A stretch of 64,000 nucleotides of DNA from Candidatus Levyibacteriota bacterium (lineage in GTDB: Bacteria; Patescibacteriota; Microgenomatia; Levybacterales; UBA12049). A program made the translations under genes and the position numbers. How positions within the stretch are numbered: the first letter of the stretch is position 1; every line of letters begins with the position of its first letter. The stretch is taken from the NCBI GenBank assembly GCA_963722305.1, contig CAVRKE010000002.1, forward strand, positions 586,678 through 650,677, given 5' to 3'. Below are positions 28,488-37,316 of this stretch, one piece after another. The notes beneath the pieces are model-generated. The model was not told the DNA's origin. It made no database searches and saw nothing but the letters and a program-made list of their open reading frames with translations.

Positions 28488-29537
28488 ATGTACACACCTA
28501 AGTTCGTTATCACTAATAAAATTTTAAAAAACATTGGTAGCATTGAAGCTTCGAAAGAAGTCATCGACAACGCACCGCTTTTGCCGTATTTCGAAAAAGA
28601 ATTTCGAGAAGACGCAATGGTCAGGACTGTTCATTACGGCACGCATATCGAGGGCAACGAACTGAATTTGTCGGAAGCGGAAAAAGTGCTTTTAGGCCAG
28701 CAGATTACAGCCCGCGATAGAGATATTCAGGAGGTCATTAACTACCGTAAAGTAATGGATTATATCGGTAGCCTTAAAGCCCAGGAGACAAAAATTGATG
28801 AGGACGTCATCAAGCATTTGCATAAGCTAACGGTTGAAAAAATTTTGGCAGCGGAGCAATGTGGGGTGTTTCGTAAAACCCAGGTGGTAGTGAAAAACAG
28901 CACTACCGGGGAAATTTCTTTCCGGCCGCCAATGGCTGTCGCGATTTCCTTCCAGATTAAAAATCTGCTGGAATTTGTCGAAAGTGCCAAAGACGAAGAC
29001 GTCCATCCGGTGCTAAAGTCGGGGATTGTTCATTACGAACTGGTCAGAATTCATCCGTTTTTAGACGGCAACGGTCGGGTGGCCAGAGCTTTGGCAACCT
29101 TGATTTTGTACCAGGACGGTTATGATATCCGTAAGTTTTTCTCTTTGGAGGAATATTTTGACGAAGATGCCGCATCTTATTACGAAGCTTTGCAAAGTGT
29201 GGAGAAAGGCAATGGCGATCTAACGCATTGGCTGGAATATTTCACTTTAGGTCTTTCAATCGAACTGGCCAAAATTAGGGGAAAGGTGGAGGGAATTTCG
29301 GTTGACGCCAAAATCAAGGAAAAATTAGGCGGTAGCCCGATTATGCTCACCCCAAGACAACTTAAGATTATCGAATATATTCAAAAAATCGGCTATCTCC
29401 AGAATCAGGCATTCGAGCAATTGTTTCCGATGGTCTCGGAAGATACGGTGCTTAATGAAATAAAAGCATTGGTCAGTGCTGGTATTATTAAAAAACACGG
29501 AGTAACCAAGGGCGCACGGTACATCATGACAGATTAA
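28488..29537 (+). CDS. Fic family protein
   Basis: Canonical Fic motif HPFLDGNGRVAR and a C-terminal winged-helix region. Confidence 0.85.
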   Translation: MYTPKFVITNKILKNIGSIEASKEVIDNAPLLPYFEKEFREDAMVRTVHYGTHIEGNELNLSEAEKVLLGQQITARDRDIQEVINYRKVMDYIGSLKAQETKIDEDVIKHLHKLTVEKILAAEQCGVFRKTQVVVKNSTTGEISFRPPMAVAISFQIKNLLEFVESAKDEDVHPVLKSGIVHYELVRIHPFLDGNGRVARALATLILYQDGYDIRKFFSLEEYFDEDAASYYEALQSVEKGNGDLTHWLEYFTLGLSIELAKIRGKVEGISVDAKIKEKLGGSPIMLTPRQLKIIEYIQKIGYLQNQAFEQLFPMVSEDTVLNEIKALVSAGIIKKHGVTKGARYIMTD

Positions 29538-29564
29538 TGATGAATGATTAAGGATTAATGAATT

Positions 29565-31328
29565 ATGAAATTTGAAGATTTGTCAAAGTATTTTGAAAAG
29601 CTTGAGGCAACTTCATCTCGTCTTGCGTTGATAGAAATATTGTCGGAGCTGTTTAAAGATAAAAATATTCAAGATTCTGATGAAATCGAGAAAATTATTT
29701 ACTTATTGCAAGGCAGAATTGCACCTTTCTTTGAACCTATTGAGATGGGTATGGCAGAAAAAACAGTTGCTGAGTCAATAGCTCAAGCCTCATACGGTTT
29801 ATACAATAGAGATGCAGTTTTACGAAAATATAGCGAGCTAGGGGATTTAGGTAAGGTAGCACAAGAAATCGCAGGACAAAATCTTCAAAAAAGAAAACTT
29901 AAGCCTGGAAATTTAACTGTTACTCAAGTATTCGGTCGTTTAAAAGAAATTGCTCAGACTTCAGGCAATGGAACTGTTGAAACAAGAATCGAAATTGTTT
30001 CTCAAGCATTATTAATGAGAAGTGTTGATCCGTCTTCTGAAAAGTATATAGTCCGCATTTTGCTTGGAAATCTGAGGTTGGGTATCGGTGACCCGACAGT
30101 TCTTGACGCTTTGGCCACGGCAAAGTTAGGTGATAAGTCGCAAAGAAAACTGTTGGAAGGTGCATACAACCGCACTTCAGATTTGGGTTTGATTGCCAAA
30201 ACCTTGTGGGATAGTGGATTAGGAGCTGTTCAGAAGTTAGAGCTGAGGGTTGGTTACCCTGTCCGTTCGGAATTATGCGAGCGTTTGCCAAATCCCGAGA
30301 AAGTGATCGAAAAAATGGGGGAAGTAGATGTCCAGTATAAATATGACGGGTTTAGGGTGCAAATTCACAAAAACGACGACGAAGTGCGCATGTTCTCGCG
30401 CAATTTGGAAGAAATGACCCACATGTTCCCGGAACTTATCGTTGCTGTCAAAAAACAAATCAAAGCCAAAACCATCATTCTTGATTCGGAAGCCTTAGCA
30501 TACAATCCGGAATCGGAAGAATTTTTGCCGTTCCAAGAAACTACTAAACGAAGACGCAAACATGGAATCGAAGAAATGGCCAAAAGTCTGCCGCTGAAAG
30601 CCTTTGTTTTCGATATTCTCTATAAAGATGGAGAGTCGCTTATCGACAAACCATTACAGGAAAGAATGGCAGTTCTCAAAGCGGTTTTGCCGGAAGATGA
30701 TGTACTCATCAGAACAAAAAATCAGACCATCGCTGACGCGAAAGTCTTAAGTGTTTTACTGGAGGACGCCATTTCTAAAGGTTTGGAAGGATTGGTTGTC
30801 AAGAAACTGGAAAGCCCGTATGAAGCAGGGGCGCGCAATTTCAATTGGGTCAAACTCAAGCGGCATTCCTCAGGTGAATTAAATGACACTATTGATTGTG
30901 TAATCTTGGGTTATATTAGCGGGAAGGGTAAGCGCACGGTTTTTGGAGCCGGCGCCTTACTGGTTGGAGTTTATGACCAAGAAAAGGACGAATTTGTCTC
31001 AGTCTCAAAGATCGGAACGGGACTGACGGACGAGGAGTGGAGAGAAGTGCACAAAAGAGCGGATAAAATCAGTCTTCAGCAAAAACCGGCCAGAGTCAGC
31101 TCAAATATTATTCCGTCGGTTTGGATAAAGCCGGAGATTGTTATCGAAATTCTGGCGGATGAAATTACCCGTTCACCAATCCATACTGCCGGTAAAACCG
31201 AGACAGAAGCGGGTTATGCCCTCAGATTTCCGCGTTTGGTTTCTTTCAGGGGTTCGGACAAAAAAGCCGAAGACGCAACCAGCGTGAAGGAATTAATTGA
31301 AATGTACTCTCAGCAAGGAAAACAGTAA
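29565..31328 (+). CDS. ATP-dependent DNA ligase (archaeal/eukaryal-type with N-terminal DNA-binding domain)
   Basis: Motif I KYDGFRVQIH (KxDGxR). Downstream adenylation and OB motifs (EGLVVK, FAFDILY). Confidence 0.85.
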   Translation: MKFEDLSKYFEKLEATSSRLALIEILSELFKDKNIQDSDEIEKIIYLLQGRIAPFFEPIEMGMAEKTVAESIAQASYGLYNRDAVLRKYSELGDLGKVAQEIAGQNLQKRKLKPGNLTVTQVFGRLKEIAQTSGNGTVETRIEIVSQALLMRSVDPSSEKYIVRILLGNLRLGIGDPTVLDALATAKLGDKSQRKLLEGAYNRTSDLGLIAKTLWDSGLGAVQKLELRVGYPVRSELCERLPNPEKVIEKMGEVDVQYKYDGFRVQIHKNDDEVRMFSRNLEEMTHMFPELIVAVKKQIKAKTIILDSEALAYNPESEEFLPFQETTKRRRKHGIEEMAKSLPLKAFVFDILYKDGESLIDKPLQERMAVLKAVLPEDDVLIRTKNQTIADAKVLSVLLEDAISKGLEGLVVKKLESPYEAGARNFNWVKLKRHSSGELNDTIDCVILGYISGKGKRTVFGAGALLVGVYDQEKDEFVSVSKIGTGLTDEEWREVHKRADKISLQQKPARVSSNIIPSVWIKPEIVIEILADEITRSPIHTAGKTETEAGYALRFPRLVSFRGSDKKAEDATSVKELIEMYSQQGKQ

Positions 31329-31347
31329 TTAAGACCAGTCCTCATTG

Positions 31348-31740
31348 CTAGTGCGAAGCATTACCGGCGCGTGTGCGAGTAGCAGGGAAAGCAGTAGGAG
31401 TTCTTCTAAGTAAGCCCCTTATTCTTGCCAAGACGCCTCGTCTTGGAGCAAAGGTAACGATATCTCTGGCAGAGAATTCTGGTCTTAACCTGGGTTGTTG
31501 TTCTATTCGTTCTTCTGTAAATTGTCTTCTGCCTTCTCGATCAAGAACTAGTTTCCCATGCTCATCGCGGGTTAAATGGTGCACCACTACTGCGGATACT
31601 TCTCTAACGCCTTCAGGCGTGATATCCACGGGACGATAAATAGCAGTAACAGTCCTTTCTAGCGTAGATACAGATGGTTTAGTAGACAATGTTAGATCAG
31701 CTCCAGCTAGCCTTCCTTCGAAATATTTTTCCCCTGCCAT
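31348..31740 (-). CDS. hypothetical Arg-rich protein
   Basis: ORF of 130 aa in a GC-rich stretch. A plus-strand ORF (31373..31639) overlaps it, so coding status is uncertain. Confidence 0.3.
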   Translation of the reverse strand: MAGEKYFEGRLAGADLTLSTKPSVSTLERTVTAIYRPVDITPEGVREVSAVVVHHLTRDEHGKLVLDREGRRQFTEERIEQQPRLRPEFSARDIVTFAPRRGVLARIRGLLRRTPTAFPATRTRAGNASH

Positions 31741-31912
31741 TAATTTAATTGTAACAGTAATAAATTATTTTGCCAAAGGGTAGATTGTGCTAAAATGTCG
31801 TTATGGAATTTGTCACCGACCTACATCTTTCCAACATATCTTACTTTTCGCCTTTTCAATTCTATTCGAATACGGCTCAAAGAGCAATTATTGTCGGACA
31901 GGCACTCCAAAT

Positions 31913-33274
31913 ATGGAATACGTAACAGATTTACATTTACATTCAAAATATAGCCGAGCTGTAAGCAAAGACATGAACCTTTATAATATGGCTTTGTGGG
32001 GAACTAAGAAGGGCTTTGACGTGTTAACAACCGGTGACTGGACGCATCCACTCTGGCTTAGAGAAATCAAGCAGGAGTTAGTTGAGGACACAGCGGGAAT
32101 CTTCAAATTCAAGGATAATTTGACGTTTAAAACCCGCTTTATCCTCACGGTGGAAATTTCCAGCATCTATTCCCAGGGCGGAAAAGTCCGCCGGATTCAT
32201 AACCTGGTTTTTTCACCTTCAATTCAAACTTCGGAAAAAATCGCCGCAGAACTCATTAAGCGGGGCTGCAATTTAACTTCCGACGGCAGGCCGATTATCG
32301 GTTTATCATCAATTCAACTGATGGAACTGATTTATTCAATCGATAAAAATGTTTTATTAGTTCCTTGTCACGCTTGGACGCCGTGGTTTGCTTTGTATGG
32401 CTCAAATTCCGGTTTTGATTCAATTGAGGAATGTTTCGGCGAGTACGCGGACAAAATTTACGGTGTTGAAACCGGTCTTTCCAGTGACCCCTACATGAAC
32501 TGGCAGATAAAAGAGTTGGAAAACCGTTCACTCATCTCAACTTCCGATGCGCATTCACTGCCAAAAATGGGCAGAGAAGCGACTGTCTTTGTAGACAAAG
32601 ACACAAATCCCAAATCCAAAATCCCAAATCACAAAATTACCTATCAGGACATCACAGATGCGATTAAGCAAAAACCGGAAGGCAGGCTCAAAATCGGCTA
32701 CACCATTGAATTTTATCCGGAAGAAGGAAAATACCATTACACCGGACACCGCAACTGCAGTTTTGTCCAGGACCCTAAAACTACCAGAGCAGAAGGCAAC
32801 ATTTGCCCGGTTTGCCACCGGCCACTGACGGTTGGGGTGATGCACCGGGTTGAGGAGCTGGCTAAAGCTACCCAGTTTCCGGATGAAGTGTTTAAGTCAA
32901 ACGCAAACGGGGTAAAATGGATTTTGGACCCAAGCAAGAAACACCCGCCGTTTGTCAAACTGGTGCCGCTAAACGAAATTATTGCCGAGAGTCTTTATTC
33001 CACCGTTTCAGCGCAAAAAGTGAAAGACCTTTATGACAGTCTTTGTAGAACATTCGGTTCGGAAATGGAAATTCTCCTTAAAATCTCCAGACAAGAGCTG
33101 GAAAAAGAAGCCGGGCCAAGGGTGGCCGAGGGGGTGGATAAGGTCAGACGGGGAGAGATTGTGATTGCCCCCGGTTACGACGGCCAATACGGAATTGTCA
33201 AAATCTGGGAAGACAGAAAAGTAGTCGAGAAGTCGCAAAAAGCAGCGGAAAGCCAATTGGGAATTGACTTTTAA
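31913..33274 (+). CDS. PHP-domain phosphoesterase family protein
   Basis: Start MEYVTDLHLHSKYSRA (PHP metal-binding HxH). The annotated N-terminal extension from 31787 is a translated repeat element. An in-frame heptamer-repeat insertion lies at 32604-32636. Confidence 0.65.
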   Translation: MEYVTDLHLHSKYSRAVSKDMNLYNMALWGTKKGFDVLTTGDWTHPLWLREIKQELVEDTAGIFKFKDNLTFKTRFILTVEISSIYSQGGKVRRIHNLVFSPSIQTSEKIAAELIKRGCNLTSDGRPIIGLSSIQLMELIYSIDKNVLLVPCHAWTPWFALYGSNSGFDSIEECFGEYADKIYGVETGLSSDPYMNWQIKELENRSLISTSDAHSLPKMGREATVFVDKDTNPKSKIPNHKITYQDITDAIKQKPEGRLKIGYTIEFYPEEGKYHYTGHRNCSFVQDPKTTRAEGNICPVCHRPLTVGVMHRVEELAKATQFPDEVFKSNANGVKWILDPSKKHPPFVKLVPLNEIIAESLYSTVSAQKVKDLYDSLCRTFGSEMEILLKISRQELEKEAGPRVAEGVDKVRRGEIVIAPGYDGQYGIVKIWEDRKVVEKSQKAAESQLGIDF

Positions 33275-33323
33275 ATTGTAGCAAGATACGCTAATCATAG
33301 TTTCGGAAAGGAGGTGAAAAATA

Positions 33324-33782
33324 ATGAACGCATTAGACACGCAGCTAAAACCATTACTTAAATTTCTTGATGAATATTATGCAAAAATCCCTGCTCTACC
33401 AAAAGGAGCTACGGAGTTTATAGTTAAAGTCGCTCCATGGCTGGCTTTAATTGGCGCAATTCTGTCCGTTTTATCAGTTATAAGTCTATATGGTTTGATG
33501 ACATACGTTGGCCCATTCGCAGCCTACGCAGGAGTGAGTGGATTTTCTATCACAATAGTTTTATCAATGATAGTTTTATTGGTTTGGGCAGTGCTATACT
33601 TATTAGCCTTTCCATCTCTTAAAGCAAGAAAGATAAAAGGTTGGAATTTAATGCTATATGGTATGCTCCTGTACATCCTTAGCGCCATTGTTAGGCTTAA
33701 CGTAATGGACATTGTCAGCTCTTTAATAGGAGCTTTAATAGGGTACTATTTCCTGTATCAAGTTAAATCCTATTATAACTAG
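33324..33782 (+). CDS. hypothetical membrane protein
   Basis: 152 aa, 3-4 TM helices, RBS GGAGGTG upstream. Confidence 0.45.
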   Translation: MNALDTQLKPLLKFLDEYYAKIPALPKGATEFIVKVAPWLALIGAILSVLSVISLYGLMTYVGPFAAYAGVSGFSITIVLSMIVLLVWAVLYLLAFPSLKARKIKGWNLMLYGMLLYILSAIVRLNVMDIVSSLIGALIGYYFLYQVKSYYN

Positions 33783-33831
33783 TTAGGGCTAAGACCGAAC
33801 CAGATGAGTATCCTTGCCTTGAGGATATATA

Positions 33832-34467
33832 ATGGTGGTGATGTTTGAAGATAGGGAAGACGCCGCACGAAAACTTTGTTTGAAACTTAAAAAATACCAA
33901 AATCGGAAAGACATTGTTGTTGTCGGTTTAACGCGGGGTGGAGTAGTGATTGCCAAAATAATTTCCGCTGCTCTTGGTTTAAAACTAAAAGCGTTAGTCG
34001 TCAAAAAAATTGGAGCGCCGGGAAATTTGGAGCTCGCAATCGGAGCGATGGTTTCGGCCAAAGATGTTTACTGGAATGAAGAGATTGTCAATGAATTAAA
34101 AATCAGCAATTGGGAAAAAGAATACTTACTTTTTCAAAAAGAAAAAGAAATCAAAAAGCTTGAAAAGTCACTTAAATTAGAAACAAAACCCTTTGAATAT
34201 AAAGATAAAAATGTTATGATTGTGGACGACGGCGTTGCTACCGGCGCAACGGTCATTGCAGCGGCGATTTACTTAAAAAGAAGTAAAGCCAGAGAGTTAA
34301 TTTTAGCGACACCGGTCATCTCGTCTGATATTATAGTAAATATTAAGAAATATTTTGATACAGTAATTCAGTTGCGGTCGGTTGGGAATTTTTACGCCGT
34401 TGGGCAATTTTACAAACACTTTGAGCAGATATCGGATGAGGAAGTTACGAGAATATTAAATATATGA
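33832..34467 (+). CDS. phosphoribosyltransferase-domain protein
   Basis: PRPP-binding loop VMIVDDGVATGATV. Confidence 0.65.
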   Translation: MVVMFEDREDAARKLCLKLKKYQNRKDIVVVGLTRGGVVIAKIISAALGLKLKALVVKKIGAPGNLELAIGAMVSAKDVYWNEEIVNELKISNWEKEYLLFQKEKEIKKLEKSLKLETKPFEYKDKNVMIVDDGVATGATVIAAAIYLKRSKARELILATPVISSDIIVNIKKYFDTVIQLRSVGNFYAVGQFYKHFEQISDEEVTRILNI

Positions 34468-35075
34468 AATTAATAGTGGGACTCGGTAACCCCGGTTTGA
34501 AACACGGAAAAACCAGACATAACCTCGGATTTATGGTGGTGGACGCATTTATAAAAGATTTTGAGTCGGCATCGCAAGCCTTATGGAAAGAAGATAAAAA
34601 ATTTCAAAGCCAAATGGCGGAAATTAATTGGCAGCCAAAAAAGGGAAAAGCCGAAAAAGTAATTTTGGCAAAACCGTTAACCTATATGAATGGTTCGGGT
34701 CTGGCCGTTTCCGCAATTGCCAAATTCTACAAAATTGACAGTGAGGACATCTGGGTTATTCATGATGAGGTCGACTTACCGCTTGGCAGCATGAAAATAC
34801 GCTTTGCCGGCGCATCGGCGGGGCATAAAGGGGTTGAATCAATTATCGAACAGTTGGGAACGGATAGATTCTGGAGATTTAGAATAGGCATCGGTCCGCA
34901 AAGAGAGAAAATCCAAGCCAAAAAAGTCAAAGCCATTGACAATTACGTTTTAGGAGAATTCTCTGAAGGCGAGAAGGGGAAAGCGCGGGAAATTGTCAAA
35001 AAGGGCATGAAAGCAATTGAAGATTCTCTGGAAAAAGGCTTGGAAAAAGCCATGAACCGCTTTAACACGAAATAG
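34464..35075 (+). CDS. pth: peptidyl-tRNA hydrolase
   Basis: LIVGLGNPG...TRHNLGF N-terminal signature and the catalytic His region. Confidence 0.9.
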   Translation: MKLIVGLGNPGLKHGKTRHNLGFMVVDAFIKDFESASQALWKEDKKFQSQMAEINWQPKKGKAEKVILAKPLTYMNGSGLAVSAIAKFYKIDSEDIWVIHDEVDLPLGSMKIRFAGASAGHKGVESIIEQLGTDRFWRFRIGIGPQREKIQAKKVKAIDNYVLGEFSEGEKGKAREIVKKGMKAIEDSLEKGLEKAMNRFNTK

Positions 35076-35196
35076 AATTTGTTGAGGTCGTACCGTCTTG
35101 ACGGTACTCTCCGCAAATAAATTTATATGCAGAAAGTTTCACGTCCATTCGGCTCCTTCGACGGGCTCAGGATTGTAATTTTGAGGTTATTAAATT

Positions 35197-35526
35197 ATGA
35201 AATCGGTTCAACAAATACTTAAAAATTTTAATCCTACCAAGGACAAATATATTTCCCGGGAATTCCAGTCGTTCGGAATTTATTTGGCCGAAGAAATGAA
35301 TGACTATAAAAACAGGGGAATGTGGATTAAACTGGCCAAAACCAACCACCGCTCGGTCTTGGAAGAAGTTTTATCTTTTGTTAAAGACTCAACCGCCGAC
35401 AACAAAATAGCGTTATTCCTCTGGAAGTTGAAACAGATAAAATCAAATCCCAAATCCCAAATCACAAATCCCAAGGGGGAATCCCAAACCCTAGATTCCA
35501 AATCACAAAAAAATGAGCAAGTTTGA
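35197..35526 (+). CDS. hypothetical protein with heptamer-repeat-encoded C-terminus
   Basis: ORF. The last ~25 codons are encoded by the CCAAATC/ACAAATC tandem repeats (35441-35510). Confidence 0.3.
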   Translation: MKSVQQILKNFNPTKDKYISREFQSFGIYLAEEMNDYKNRGMWIKLAKTNHRSVLEEVLSFVKDSTADNKIALFLWKLKQIKSNPKSQITNPKGESQTLDSKSQKNEQV

Positions 35527-35860
35527 TTTAAGAGAAAGAATTTTGAAGTTTGTTTTGGCTGTAATTGACTTAACAAAAAAATTACCCCAAGATAGGACAA
35601 ATGCAGTTCTGATAAATCAGATAATACGCTGCGTAACCTCAATTGGAGCTAATTACGAGGAGGCTGATGGTGCAAGAAGTAAGAAAGAATTTGTATCAAC
35701 AATGGGGATTGTTAAAAAGGAAGCTAAGGAAACCAAGTATTGGTTGGAAATTATAAAAATGTCATTACCGCCTTTTAAAGATAGAATAGAAATTCTCCAA
35801 GTAGAAAATGAAGAATTAATTAAAATTGTCGCTAAAATAATAATTAACAGTAATAATTGA
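35513..35860 (+). CDS. four-helix-bundle protein (23S rRNA intervening-sequence protein family)
   Basis: About 115 aa with the conserved IGANYEEA...KETKYWLE blocks of the 23S-IVS four-helix-bundle family. Confidence 0.7.
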   Translation: MSKFDLRERILKFVLAVIDLTKKLPQDRTNAVLINQIIRCVTSIGANYEEADGARSKKEFVSTMGIVKKEAKETKYWLEIIKMSLPPFKDRIEILQVENEELIKIVAKIIINSNN

Positions 35861-35894
35861 GATTTGGTCATTGGGTTTTGTGATTTAGAAAATT

Positions 35895-36167
35895 ATGGTA
35901 ACAGCCAGAATTTATATCTTAGGTTTTGTCCAAGGAGTGGGATACAGATATTTTGTTAAATCAAACGCCCGTAAGCTTGGTCTAAAAGGTTGGGCTAAAA
36001 ATACGGAGGATGGCAGGGTAGAAATCCTCGCTCAAGGTCCGAAAGAGGCAATCGAGAAACTGATTAAAATTTGCGAAAAAGGGCCGTTTTTATCCGAAGT
36101 AAAATCGGTCCAAATTGAGTGGGAAGAGACAGCAGAAAAATTCCAGAGTTTTGACATCAGCCATTAA
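35895..36167 (+). CDS. acyP: acylphosphatase
   Basis: VQGVGYR and GWAKNTEDGRVE signatures. Confidence 0.85.
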   Translation: MVTARIYILGFVQGVGYRYFVKSNARKLGLKGWAKNTEDGRVEILAQGPKEAIEKLIKICEKGPFLSEVKSVQIEWEETAEKFQSFDISH

Positions 36168-37285
36168 GACTTTCTCTCAGAGAAAAAAAGACTGGCCAAA
36201 AACGTCACAATCGGCACAGACAGTAATAGTCCAAGACTGCCGGCCAGTATCTTCACCACTTCGTCGGAAACCATTTCGCTATTTAAAACTATCCAATAAG
36301 GGACTTTGGCCGGATTTAAGACAAAAAAGATAAACACCGCAAAAGCTGAACCGGCATAGGCTAAGATTAACGTATTGACCAAAGAAGCAATATGCTCTTT
36401 GCCAACGGCAAAGCCTTTTTCAAACAGAGCCACGAATTTAAGTTTTGGGTCGGCTTTTTTCAGTTCCAAAATAGTCATCGCCTGAGTAGTAGTAATGTCA
36501 TTTAAAGCACCCAGTGTGGCGATAATAATCCCGCTTAAGAAAAGCCCTTTTAAATTGATCAGGCTGGTTGTGCCGACTTGCAAGGCGAAGGCGTCTTCGT
36601 TGCCGATACCACTGATATTGGTGAAGCTGACCGCAAAGATTGCCAGCCAGGCAGTCAGAAAAATTGAGATAAGAGTTGAGCTTAAAGCAATGGTAGTTTT
36701 CCAGGAGACGCCGTGAGCCAGGTAAGTTGTCAGCAAAATAATAACCGTGGCGCCGATTAAGGTAATGGTGAGCGGATCATTCCCTTTGAGGATATTTGGC
36801 ACAATATAGAGAAGAATGATTGCAAAGCTTAAGCCCATGCCCAAAAGTGAGCCAAAGCCCTTTAGTCCGGCAATAAGAATAACGGCAATACAAAATATAC
36901 CTAAAAATATGAAGATATTATTCAGTCTGTAGGCATCGTAGACAGAGTAAGAAACTTTATTATTTTGGTCGGTAACTTTATCGACGATTATTTCCTGGCC
37001 TTCAACTACGAACTGGTCCTTAGTGATTTGCGATTCATCTCCGTTTCCAACCACCACAATTTTGCCTTTTTGCGGACCATCCTCGATCTGCACTTTAAGA
37101 GTCTGAAAATAGCTTTTATAGCCTTGATTGTCTCTTTGACCTTCTTTGCTGATGCTAACGACTTGAGCCTTAAAATAGTCTTCCTTGGGTGCGTTTGGTG
37201 CGGATGGCAAGTTTTGGGCGAAAATTTTTGCAGGGATAAGCAAGACTAAGAGCAGGAAAATAAATAGTAACAATATTTTCGGCAT
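36164..37285 (-). CDS. YibE/F-like integral membrane protein
   Basis: 373 aa with a signal/anchor, a soluble segment, then at least 6 TM helices. The assignment rests on architecture only. Confidence 0.45.
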   Translation of the reverse strand: MPKILLLFIFLLLVLLIPAKIFAQNLPSAPNAPKEDYFKAQVVSISKEGQRDNQGYKSYFQTLKVQIEDGPQKGKIVVVGNGDESQITKDQFVVEGQEIIVDKVTDQNNKVSYSVYDAYRLNNIFIFLGIFCIAVILIAGLKGFGSLLGMGLSFAIILLYIVPNILKGNDPLTITLIGATVIILLTTYLAHGVSWKTTIALSSTLISIFLTAWLAIFAVSFTNISGIGNEDAFALQVGTTSLINLKGLFLSGIIIATLGALNDITTTQAMTILELKKADPKLKFVALFEKGFAVGKEHIASLVNTLILAYAGSAFAVFIFFVLNPAKVPYWIVLNSEMVSDEVVKILAGSLGLLLSVPIVTFLASLFFSERKS

Positions 37286-37316
37286 AGATATTGATTATAG
37301 CAAATTAAAAATATTA

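Noticed and set aside
31373-31639. Plus-strand ORF (88 aa) overlapping the minus-strand Arg-rich ORF 31348..31740.
   Set aside because: It is a mirror-frame ORF in a GC-rich stretch with no RBS or motif. At most one of the two is real, and the longer minus-strand one is retained at low confidence.
31787-31912. Annotated N-terminal extension of the PHP protein (MLKCRYGICHRPTSFQHILLFAFSILFEYGSKSNYCRTGTPN).
   Set aside because: It is the translation of the 42-nt repeat also present in the 23S-5S spacer. The conserved PHP start MEYVTDLHLH at 31913 is preferred.
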